This document shows positions 12,987 to 25,580 of a stretch of DNA of 64,000 bases, piece by piece; the stretch's first letter is position 1; each line of letters begins with the position of its first letter. The DNA is from Guillardia theta CCMP2712. Taxonomy: Eukaryota > Protista > Cryptophyta. Below the pieces are notes generated by a model. It worked only from the letters and a program-made list of their open reading frames with translations. It made no database searches and was not told the DNA's origin. The stretch covers positions 15,447-79,446 of the forward strand of contig NW_005434618.1 in the NCBI RefSeq assembly GCF_000315625.1, given 5' to 3'. A program made the position numbers and the translations under genes.

Positions 12987-13619
12987 ATGGAGAGTTTCAG
13001 CCGCCTTTCGAGCACTGAGAACCTTTCCTCATGGATGCTCCCGATAAATTGTCAAGAGTTTCAGGATTTGTCTGGTGCACTGAACAAGCCCGACGACGTT
13101 CCTGTCCCCGACAACGAACAAGAACAAGAACTAGATACGAACCTGCCAACCTGCCAGATGGACGGGGATAGCTCTTCTACGGAGGAACAAGAGGACACGT
13201 CTGAGAGGAAACAAACCTCCAAGCTCACCCTCGCTGAAAAATTGAGCATCATTCGCTCCCATGAGAGCCCCGACTGCCTTTACAAAACTCACGAAAGTCT
13301 CGCCCGCGCCTTCGGCAAGAGCCGCTCAGCCATCTCCAAACTTCTCCGACCCGAAAACGTGTACAAGCTGAAGCTGATGGAGGCGTCGGGCGTGAAGCTG
13401 ACAGTGAAGCGAGCGGTGAGGCAGATTCCACAGTTCGAGGTGGCTGTCAGAACCTTCGTGCTGGGACTTGAAGGCAAGGCGCAGCGGCGACTGCGGGTGC
13501 AAGCGTTTGCGAAAGAGCTGGCGGGGAGGCTTGGGATTGACAACTTCAGCGGGGGGAGGGGGTGGTACAACGGGTTCATGAAGCGACATGGGCTTGGGGT
13601 CGGAAACCACGAGGGATGA
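12987..13619 (+). CDS. CENP-B/Tigger(pogo)-type double HTH DNA-binding protein with no DDE domain
   Basis: KLTLAEKLSII..LARAFGKSRSAISKLL (CENP-B N-terminal HTH-like) and FEVAVRTFV..AKELAGRLGIDNFSGGRGWYNGFMKRHGL (HTH_Tnp_Tc5-like); intronless, 210 aa. Confidence 0.75.
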   Translation: MESFSRLSSTENLSSWMLPINCQEFQDLSGALNKPDDVPVPDNEQEQELDTNLPTCQMDGDSSSTEEQEDTSERKQTSKLTLAEKLSIIRSHESPDCLYKTHESLARAFGKSRSAISKLLRPENVYKLKLMEASGVKLTVKRAVRQIPQFEVAVRTFVLGLEGKAQRRLRVQAFAKELAGRLGIDNFSGGRGWYNGFMKRHGLGVGNHEG

Positions 13620-16600
13620 GACAAGGTACAGAGTGCGTTCGACGGGAACGTAGGAACATGATATTGCTTGCGGCGCTGAATTTTCCCTCATGGGAAGGCT
13701 GACATGGCAGCGCATGGCTGCCTGCTGTTTGAGCCCGTTGAATGCGGAGTCAGGCCCGAAGGCTGACGAGACTCTGTCGGGACTTGAAGACTGTCAGGGG
13801 GTCTTCTGAAGTTTGCAAGGAGAGGCAAACCCCCGCTTGCTGTTGTCGGTCATGGCTGTGCTAGAGCTGCAGGCCTGAAGGTTTTAACGTACTTACATCT
13901 TGAGGTGAATCAACTTGAACTTACTAACACTATCATATGTGAGGCTTGAAGTGAATGAGAATCAATCAAATAGATCTTGCTTTTCAAACGCCTCCGGGTC
14001 ATTCGCATTGCTGCACTAATAATGACACGTTGAAAGGGTCCTGGAACACCGTCACCCTCGTCAAAACAAACGGATCAACCGAGCTCGTCATCGTCCGGCT
14101 GTGAGACTCGGCGACGGCACTGAGCCAGTCAATCTCGGACAGCTGGCAGTAGTACAAAACGCGCCGTTGTCCTGCCTGAGTCTGCCGGCCCTAATTTTTA
14201 ACTCTCCGAGGCTCGAATGCTCTCGAGGTAGCCTGCCCTTGCCACCGTGACTTGTCACGAGTCACCGCTCAGTGACGGTCACGGTGGCGACATCAGCCGC
14301 AGTGACGCGGCCGCGATCGCGGGCGGCACCAGAATTTGTCAGATAGGTCACGAATGGTCACGAAGACAGTTTACTAAGAGCTGACCGGACCGTCCGAGTC
14401 CGCGGGGCATGATGACCGTGAACATTGGCGACGGGCCGCCGCTGCCACGGTGCGTGCGATCCACTGCGGCCTAGCAGCCGGGACCACGACTCAGAGTCGC
14501 GCTGAGGACCGTCACAGAATCACGTACCTGGACTCAGGCTCACTGGCGGCCGCGGCGAAGACGAGCTGACAGTCACCGGACCGTACAGGCTATTCGATCA
14601 CAGCCTGGCACGCATCATGCCAGGGCACGCCGTGATGGTACTAAGTACATATCCTGACACTGCCAGGCTGTCGCACAGGCCATCGTCACCCGACGGCGTC
14701 AAGAAGAGAAAAGACAGTGAGAGTTGAAATCTTATCCGACAGCGGCCGCCACTTCCTGAGGCTGTCCTCCCAACTTCTGAGGCTTCAACACTGAGGCTGA
14801 TATCTTCACTTAAGTGCGCGCAGGCCCATCAAGTTCCCCCGCGGCGCCATAGATAGCGGCGAGAAGAATCGAGGGGGAGGATCACATCAGCGCTATCAGG
14901 GAGCACGAGACTTTCAAAAACTCCTTCAAGCACCTGTCTTACTTCCTCTTCGACAAGCTCGCCAGGGCCCGGCTGCACGCGACGCAGTCACGAGTGTCAA
15001 GATCAAGTCTACAACCATTCGCTGCCGCCGGCTGGCGGACTCTGTCGTTTTCCAAGGCTTGCTGGACGGAGCCTCCGCGGCAGAGAGTTCAAGGTTACCT
15101 GAAGGCGAGGCTGTCACGATGCTCCTCTTGCTTTCCGAGCGGCAGTGATCGGCCTCCAAGCCTGGACCGGATGCGTTTGCGAGTCGAATGCTACCGCAAC
15201 CTTGTTCGCCGAGCGATCGTGCCCGGCGGCGGCGTTGCCGGCCGCGGGCCCACTCGTCGGACCGGCCCAGCGCTGGGCCGGTGACCATCGGACCCCGCGG
15301 CGGCGTCCGACGGTCACACTGTGACCCGGGCGGCCACTGAGGACACGCCGCGCGGCCCGGCCGGGGCGGCGTGACTGAGGACGCGGCCTGGGACCGCTCT
15401 GGGGACCGCTGCACTGCGGCAGGGACCGCCGCGCCGCGTGCAGGGACCGGGCAGTGGAGGACTGCCAGTCAGCGCGGGGAAGAGGGTGCCAAACCCGCGC
15501 CAGGACATCGCGGCCGTTCAGGGAAATGCAGCGATTGTACCAAACGACGAACAGCAGCAACGTAAGAGAAGCCAAGGATGAGATAACGAGGGATGAAGAC
15601 GATGATAAAGAAGGAATGCGATGATAAATCATGAATGCGATGATGAGAGATGCACGTAACCAATGGTTGGATGGAAATGAAGATGACAACATGTGAAACT
15701 GAGGAAAGAACATTAGAAATGTGTGCCTTTTTTTCACGACGAAATTGCATCATACTTTTTATTTCAGTATTGTGAATGTGAGCTTTTAGAGATAGAATCT
15801 AGCAAATATTGTGTTGGTATCCATTGCGGGGGCATGCGTGTGTATTTGTGGCGGAAATGGTGGGGGCTTGATCTATCTGGCATTGTGTTTTGTATTCTGT
15901 TATTGTCTTCCTGTCGTGCCGAGTTTCGAGGAGGCAGAAACTCCTTGAACTCTGAAGAACATATCATAGAACATTGGAGACGGCTTGAAGCTTTGAGATG
16001 ACTGCTGCTGACATTGGAACAGATTCAATTTGGAAATTATATTTGTACGATAGACAACCATACCTTCTCGCCGGTTTGTGCTTTCTTTAACCTCTTTGGA
16101 TCCACTTTCTCATCTCTTCCCCTTCCTCACCCCTCGTCTCTGCCTTCCTCCCACCACACTCTCCTTTGTCCCCCCGTCCTGTCTCAACCCTTCGTTTCCC
16201 ACTTCTTTCTCATACCCCCTCCCTACCCCTTTTCCCAACTGGCTGGTTCGCATGGGCTGAGAGAGATTGCTATCAGACGAGAGTCTGCACGAATGTCAAG
16301 ACTGGCGTGTCGACGGTGAAGCAAACATCCCAAGGCGCGTTCCACGTCGAGTCACAAGAGTTGCCCTTGATCGATCATTGGCCGGGGATAGCGCAGTGTT
16401 TGGGTAAGGACCACGGGGACAAGTGCTGGGAGCGATGGGATGTATAATAAAGTCAGAAATCGTATGGTCGAAAGTCCGAGAACCTGCTGTCGCTGCAACA
16501 GCACTGTCGGTGATACCTTAAAAGGGCATGATTGCAGACGAGAAACGTGCATTCTGACCACTCTAGAACAGACCTCTTCAGGATGAGGGCAGCAGATCAC

Positions 16601-18640
16601 AAAACTACTCATCGGCCAAGGATTGAATGCAAGTCGAGAAGTTGAAAAGGAACATGATATATTTTCGCTCAAACTCCCAAGTACCCATGGCAGTGTCTGC
16701 AACGGAAAATCGAACAATAAAAAAATCTACCGTTCAAACCAGCTCGCGCCTCCAATGATATTGCCACTCAGTATTGGCGCTCTCCAGCCTCTATCGGAGC
16801 CTCGGAGTTGAGGGTGCACAGTACATTCAGGCAGTAACTCAAGCATCGGCTGTCCGCACAACCCCAGGGGCACAAGAGTCCATTCCAACCGCTGAAGGGC
16901 AGGCAAGGTTCGGATCGAAATCTTGATCATGAAGAAGTGTTCCCACCAGGGCCAACCCGCCGCCTACTGCTACCACTCCACCCAAGATAGGCCCCCATAC
17001 CCCCGCACCGCTTGTTACGGCGTCCCTAAAGCTCGTCGCAGGACCCTCGTCAATGTCATCTCCATCTCCGACTGAGCCGTCTTTGACCTTCTCTTCAAGA
17101 ATGGACCTGATCACCCTTCGAACAAGTGCTTCAGTGACATGTAACAGTGTGACCGGTGGGCGAACAAGGGACACATTAGCGGTTGGGCCGAGCCCATTTC
17201 AGGACACGCTGCACCGATGAATTCATAACTACAACACATAGCATCATCAAGACGTGTCATTTGATCTCGTCAAAATAGATCGGGTAATTTCCACATAAAC
17301 CCTTGGAACGATGTTGCATCGGAACCAAACTGAACGGGCAACACGAAAAGTTGAGTCGTGGAAAAGGAGAAGTAGCAAGGGCAAACAGAACAAAAAGACA
17401 ACGGTATTCAGATACATATCAAAATTTAAACACCTCATCATAACCATACTACCATCAGGCTCACACAGTACAACCCAGGAGCACCAGCGACAGGCAGTGA
17501 AGATCAATGCGGTGCATCCGAGGGGGCGCTAGGGCAAGAGGTGGGGGTGGGGATCAGAGGACACAAGAGAGATGATAGAGAGATGAGAGCATTCAGGTCG
17601 GCATATCCTTACCTCGACTTCCTCCCTCCGCCTCCTCCGCTCTCCCTCAAGAGCAGTAGCTCCCGAAGGTCGCCGAACATGTCGGCTCCCACCCTAAATC
17701 GGGAAGTCGTTACTGAACCGTTACAACCAACCACCCAAAAAACTGTTTTTCGGAGCCCGGCGCCGTCCGATCGGGGCCCGACTCGGGCCGGACACGAGGA
17801 ACTGAGATGGTCCGGGCCCCTAGCTAGGGCTCATGCACATCACCGAGCCTTCAGGTAGCAGGACCGTGACCTCTGACTTCGAAACCTGTCACATCTTAAA
17901 AGTGACCACCCAACCTCCATATCCATTATATATATTTTCAGTCATATTTTTAATTTTCATATAATTATTTACTTAACTTATTTAAGTCCCTAGGGCGCGC
18001 ACCCTACCCCTGCATGCCTACCCCCATGAATCCTGTCTGCTCCTTCACCCCACTTTCCCATACCACATTCTACCCCTACAAATCCCTCAATTTTCACCGG
18101 TACTTACCCGGATAAATGCTTACCACCCCTTACATCACCCCCCCATGTGAGTACGACCGCTCCGAAGGTGATCGGAGTACCCCTCATATCACCTGGCCCC
18201 GAATTCAATCAAAGGGGTGGGGTGGGGTGAGGTAAACCTGCAACATTTCCTCCCTCTATAGCATCAGGAGCAGCAACTATCCATCGTTGACCATGGTGAG
18301 AGCACGCGTTGATGTGCTTGTGTGAAGGGCGATGAGATGATGGCTGCATGTTGAGATGAAGATGTTTCAACCCTTGCTCTGCACATCTGATTCTTCAGAG
18401 CTTCCAGCATACTTGCTACATTCCCTTCATGCATAATGAGGGCTGTTTTTTGTAGCCGACTGTTTCTGTTGAGTGTTTCGTCGATGTTTGAGCCTGCTCG
18501 CAACTTACTTGAGTTCTTGGCATGCTGACAATCCTGTTCATTGATGAATTTCCAATCTTGAGTTGAATATCATGTCGTGGTCCTCTAACAATCATGCACA
18601 GCAGAAGTAGCAGCATGCTGACTATCAGGCGCAGGTCTCT

Positions 18641-19233
18641 ATGTCTCTCAAGGCTGCTATTGCCGCGTCCGCTATCGCCGCCGCGTCCGCTTTCTCCACT
18701 CCTGCTCTTAGTGTGAGTTTCTCCTCCTCTCCCTGTCTCCCTCCTCCTCACTGTCTACCTCCTCCTCACTGTATCTCTCCCCCCGTCATTCTTCCCCTTT
18801 CTTTCTCTCACCTGCTCCGCTCTAGGGTCTCCACATGAGCGTCGAGCGCCGTGACGTCGTCAAGACCATCGGAGCTGGAGTTGCTGCTGCTCCCTTCCTT
18901 GTGGGAGCTGCTGCCAACGCCGAGAGCACTGTCTTCCCCCGTGTCCAGACCCAGAGCAGCTTCGGAGTCATCAACGACAACATGGGCAAGGGAGCTATGC
19001 CAGTGATCACCGTCTTCGATCACCGCGGATGCAGCCGATCCCCCAAGGAGTACGTCGGAGATAAGAGCGGGGACCAGGATGACGAGATGTGCGTCAAGGT
19101 CCAGATGAAGACTCCTTACACGTACCCCCAGTACACTCGCCAGGCCACTGCCCTGCTGAACGAGATCATTGGAGTAACGTACACTAAGGGAAACCCCTCC
19201 GGCAGACACGGAACCCCCGACCTTGTAAACTAA
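18641..19233 (+). CDS. cpeA: Cryptophyte phycobiliprotein alpha subunit precursor (exons 18641-18712, 18826-19233)
   Basis: Signal peptide ending ASA-F, in-frame GT-AG intron 18713-18825, twin-Arg lumenal signal (ERRDVV..AAANA), hallmark PVITVFDHRGCSR..KEY.G.K.G..DDEM.VKV with the bilin-binding Cys. Confidence 0.92.
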
Positions 19234-19359
19234 ATAAAGAAGATTCATTGGGTGAAATGAGCTGTTGTGTGGGTGAGAGGAGGGGGGAGGGGAGTAGAAC
19301 AAGGGGACCTCCCGTGACAGAGTTGAGCGTACGATGGTTGACAACGAGATTGAAACACA

Positions 19360-21469
<2,110 letters not shown>

Positions 21470-22382
21470 CCTGAAGTAGTTGGAGATAACCACGGCTGTA
21501 AAGATTTAAAGATTTCAAGATTTCAAGATTTCAAGGAGGAGCCTGCATACGAGCTCAGGAGATCAGTTGTGCATATTCAATTGAGCTCTCAGAATCAGAA
21601 TCTTCTCGTGCATGGAAGAGGACGAGATGAGATGAGCAGCTGCAAGCGGCGCCTCCGGCCCATGGCTGCGATGGGACACACTCGCACCAGACCTTGCTCG
21701 GGGATCCTCGGCTTCCGCAAGGAGGACAGCAAGTGGAAGAGAGCTTGCTACCGACAGAGTTCTTACTTGTCTTGTCCTCCCTTTCTCTCCTGAGCCTTCC
21801 ATCTCCTCCCCTACCTGTACATGGCACGTGCCGCAAGCCCCGGCGACCCTTCTGCCTCCATGACCCCTGTACCCCCTGGGGATCCTTGGCTTAACACGTA
21901 CTGATTTTATTTGTCCCTTTTTAAAATTAGTACCAGCCAGTACTACCGGATTACGTGACACGTTCCGACCCGGCGTGCGGTACTAATAAGTAGTTCTGAC
22001 TCAGCCCGCCTCAGCGCCGGAGCCTCCGTCACTTTGCCAGTCACTGAGTCGGACCGTGAGGCCGCTCAACTTGCTGGAACTTGAACCAGCCCGGCCCAGT
22101 CCTCCAATGCGGGCCCCGGGCCGGCCGATCGGGCCGACGATCGGATCTTTGGACGGTTTTTGCAGGGCAGTGGAGTGAGTGAGAATCATTCTCAACACTG
22201 AGTGAGAATCACGGCCGAGCCGGCCGGGTGTCGGACGGTCGGAGGGCACGGCCCTCCGAGCTCAGTCAAATCTACTGCCCTCCTCACTGAGGAGGGCAGT
22301 CAGTCCCGGCCGGGCCGGCCGGGAGGGCAGTCAGTCAAATCTATGCACTGCAGGCTTTGAAACTTGCGTGACTCAGCAGTGT

Positions 22383-25300
22383 TCACTGACTCGGACCGGT
22401 ACTACTAGTAACCTTGATGATACGCCCGGACGGCGCGGGCTTCAGTGGCTTCTCAGGATGATGTAAAGTTGAAGTCACAGGCCGCTGGGAGGGCTCAGGC
22501 TTGCACGCGGCCATGACTGGCGAGCGAACGGCGGGCCGTGCGCCTGACCGGGTCAAGATCTTATCGAAGTCGGAGGAGCAGCACAAGGCCCCGGGCTTCG
22601 CCTTCTTCTGCATCTCGAGTGCCTCGTTCATCGCCTCTCCCAGCGCATGGAACCTCGGCTGCAGCTTCCCCATCGTCCCCGCCACACAACTTCCTGCTGC
22701 GATCCCGATGCGACACGCGATCTGCTTCCCATCCTTGCACCTGAGCCCTTCGATGATCGCCAGCATCGACTCTGCTATGCCGAGCATCGTCGCACACAAC
22801 TCTCCGTCCTCTCTGCCTTGCAGCCACCCCGCACAGATGTACTCGTCGCCGATGGTGTCTAGCTTGAAGATCCTGCTGTCAGCCAGGCACTGGTCGAACT
22901 TCCTGTACACCTCATGGATCAGCTTCGCCACCTCCATCGGCTGCAGCCTCCCCGTCAGCTCCGTGTAGTCGCACAGATCCAGTCGGAGGACGGCAGCCTT
23001 CCTGTAGGAGGAGGCGACTTGCCCTTGGCTCAGCGCCTCCTCCACCACATCCCGGGGGAACAGGTCGTTGAGTACGCGCACGATCGCTCTTCGCTCCGTC
23101 TTGTTCCTGTGTTGCGAGACCCACATGGAGCGCTCGGACTTGTGCTGGTGCTTGAGGATCAGGTAGCTACAGCGTCCACCGAAGACGAGGACGAAGACTT
23201 CACCGACGAAGACTCGGGGGAGGAGGAGGTACATGTTGAGGACGACTAGCGGCAGCATCGCCTTCACGACCCACGCGTGCCATCGCGCGGGGACGTTGGC
23301 CTGCTGCAGGTTGATCCAAGAGATAACGGGCCCGAAGAGCAGCAGCCAGCCCGTCGCCCGCGTCCACCACACGCTGTAAAACATGATGGCAAACTGGACG
23401 AGGTGGCCGCAGACATACAAGGCCTGCCATGTCCTGAAGCGCTCGACCGCGCAGACTCGTGCAGCACGGTCATTCTGTTGCATCCTCGTAGAGGTGAAGG
23501 AGATGTAGAGGAGAGAGGAGGCGAGGAGGAGGAAGAGGACGCAAGCAAGCGTTTGAGCGACGAGGACATGCCCTCGCATCCGGCTCGCCTCTTCCTCACG
23601 GAAGAAGCTGAGCCTAGTGATCCGGAGGAAGGAGACGAAGAGAGCGACGTTGTAAGAGATGCTTCCAACGAGGGCCTGTCGGAGGTGGTTCGGATAGTGC
23701 TTTCGCAAGAACTTCTCCTCCAGAGCCTCATCCGAGAACACGGCTCCAACCTCACAGATCGCGTGCTCCTGCCCTTCAGTCTCCTCGATCTCCAGCCATC
23801 TCGAGATGGGGTCGTCCATCATGATCATGCCCCCGGCCTTGGGTGAGTCCACCTGAACGCATTCCTGAGACGCTTTCCGCAACGCCATGGCAGAGGCCAC
23901 CCACGAAGCTCGCCTGCCGCTGGTGGCGGTGCCGCTGCTGCCGCTGCTGCTAATGGTGGTGGTGGTGGTGGTGTTGCTGCAGCTGCTGCTTTCCCTGACC
24001 TCTATGAAGTAGGTCGCCATAAACCCCTTCCCCTTGATGTGCATCTCTGGTCTCCGTGTGAAACTCATTCCCGCGCTCTCCTCCTCCTCCTCCCCCAGCT
24101 GCTTCCGGAACTCCTCCGTGCACAGAATCTTGTCCTTCTCCGAGTAGTGGCACATGCGCGCGCTGGTGTTGATCGCATCCCCGAACAAGCAGTAGAACCT
24201 CCGATGCGCTCCCACGATCGCTCCTGCCAGCGACCCGCACGCGATCCCGACCTTGGCCCATAGCGGCTCCCCGCTGAGAGCACGAAAATCCTTCACCTCC
24301 CTCATGATCCTGGCAGCGAGGAGAACCATCTCCCTTGCTGCTGTGCGCCTGTACCTGGCGGGGCTGTCGGGAGCATGGAAAGGGCGCGAGGTCCTCTGAC
24401 AGCAGATCACGTATGTATCCTGAACGTGGTGGTACTTGAAGCACCCGAACTCGTCCACGATCGAGTCAAGGCGGGTAAAGACGTCATCAAGGAGCTGGAA
24501 AGTTGCCAGGGTCATGGAGGAGGACAGCTCGGTCGCGCAGGGCGAGAGGCTGATGAACATGATGGTACAGTGCTCCATGTTGCCAGCGATCAGCCTGCTG
24601 CTCTGAGACCGGAGTCGGCAGTGCAGCGGCTTCGGGATCAGAGTCCCCAAGAAGTCGCTCAGCTTGTCTGCGTCAGCACGCAGCCTCCGCTCCCGCTTGA
24701 ACTCAAGCTGAGCAGACGAATATCGTTCCCCGCATATGAAGACGCTTGCTAATGTGACTTGCAGGTGGAACAGCGCGGAGGGGATCCAGATCCTCGCGTC
24801 CAGCCCCGTCGCCCATCCCGTGGCGAGCATGACAGTCACTTGAGTGAGGGAGAGGGCGAGGGCCGTGCTGCCCTTGCTTCCCACGACAAAAGGAAACATG
24901 GAGCCGATGATGGCGTAGACAACCAACGTGCCGGGAGAGAAGACTCTATCTGTACACCCCGCATCCTCGCTGCCATACTCGGTGGAAAAGTTGAGCATGG
25001 TCGCTACGGGCTTCGCGTCGTGACAGGTCCAGGTCCACGGGAAGCCTTTGGACCTGTCAATGGTCAGGTTGACATAGGGCGACATGTAGCCAACGCTTGA
25101 AGCACGGCAGATGTCTGCTGTGACGCGCCTGAAGACTTCAAGTTGGAAGAGGAAAGAGATCAGCGTGAAGGTGACAATCTCTTTGTCAAGATGCCCTCGG
25201 ATCCAAGGGACCCATGTGATGAGTTGGAACATTAGAGCGGTAAAGGAGCACATAGCTGCTGAGAGTGCAAACATGAGACACATGAATGTCTTGAGGTTCG

Positions 25301-25580
25301 AGTCCCAGCTGCACAAGTTGCTCCTATAGTGGCCAATCCCGTACAAAATGTACACCAACGAGCCAGCGAAGAAGACAAACCGGACTGACCTCGAGTAGAG
25401 TAGGAGATGATGATTGTTGAAGTCTTGATCGCTCCGTTTAGCCTCCTCCTGCTCCTCCTCATCCTCCTGCTCCTCCTCATCCTCCTGCTCCTCCTTCTCC
25501 TCCTCACGTGTGTGATCCTCTGCATTCTCCTCATCAGAATCCTCCTCCTCCTGGCCCTCATTCTCTCCCCTGTACTTCAT
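22383..25580 (-). CDS. Membrane-bound class III nucleotide cyclase, TM-C1-TM-C2, probably guanylyl cyclase; intronless
   Basis: Two hydrophobic multi-TM blocks, each followed by a cyclase domain (KVGIACGSLAGAIVG..FYCLFGDAINTSARM..IKGKGFMATY; LRLDLCDYT..FKLDTIGDEY..RIGIAAG). ATG 25580 (MKYRGEN) is the likely start. Confidence 0.9.
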   Translation of the reverse strand: MKYRGENEGQEEEDSDEENAEDHTREEEKEEQEDEEEQEDEEEQEEAKRSDQDFNNHHLLLYSRSVRFVFFAGSLVYILYGIGHYRSNLCSWDSNLKTFMCLMFALSAAMCSFTALMFQLITWVPWIRGHLDKEIVTFTLISFLFQLEVFRRVTADICRASSVGYMSPYVNLTIDRSKGFPWTWTCHDAKPVATMLNFSTEYGSEDAGCTDRVFSPGTLVVYAIIGSMFPFVVGSKGSTALALSLTQVTVMLATGWATGLDARIWIPSALFHLQVTLASVFICGERYSSAQLEFKRERRLRADADKLSDFLGTLIPKPLHCRLRSQSSRLIAGNMEHCTIMFISLSPCATELSSSMTLATFQLLDDVFTRLDSIVDEFGCFKYHHVQDTYVICCQRTSRPFHAPDSPARYRRTAAREMVLLAARIMREVKDFRALSGEPLWAKVGIACGSLAGAIVGAHRRFYCLFGDAINTSARMCHYSEKDKILCTEEFRKQLGEEEEESAGMSFTRRPEMHIKGKGFMATYFIEVRESSSCSNTTTTTTISSSGSSGTATSGRRASWVASAMALRKASQECVQVDSPKAGGMIMMDDPISRWLEIEETEGQEHAICEVGAVFSDEALEEKFLRKHYPNHLRQALVGSISYNVALFVSFLRITRLSFFREEEASRMRGHVLVAQTLACVLFLLLASSLLYISFTSTRMQQNDRAARVCAVERFRTWQALYVCGHLVQFAIMFYSVWWTRATGWLLLFGPVISWINLQQANVPARWHAWVVKAMLPLVVLNMYLLLPRVFVGEVFVLVFGGRCSYLILKHQHKSERSMWVSQHRNKTERRAIVRVLNDLFPRDVVEEALSQGQVASSYRKAAVLRLDLCDYTELTGRLQPMEVAKLIHEVYRKFDQCLADSRIFKLDTIGDEYICAGWLQGREDGELCATMLGIAESMLAIIEGLRCKDGKQIACRIGIAAGSCVAGTMGKLQPRFHALGEAMNEALEMQKKAKPGALCCSSDFDKILTRSGARPAVRSPVMAACKPEPSQRPVTSTLHHPEKPLKPAPSGRIIKVTSSTGPSQ

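Noticed and set aside
12166-14850. Intact pogo/Tigger transposon around the HTH gene
   Set aside because: No DDE domain, TIRs or TA target duplication seen; the flanking similarity is direct and diverged.
18264-18620. Short minus-strand ORFs upstream of cpeA
   Set aside because: No recognisable motif or convincing gene model.
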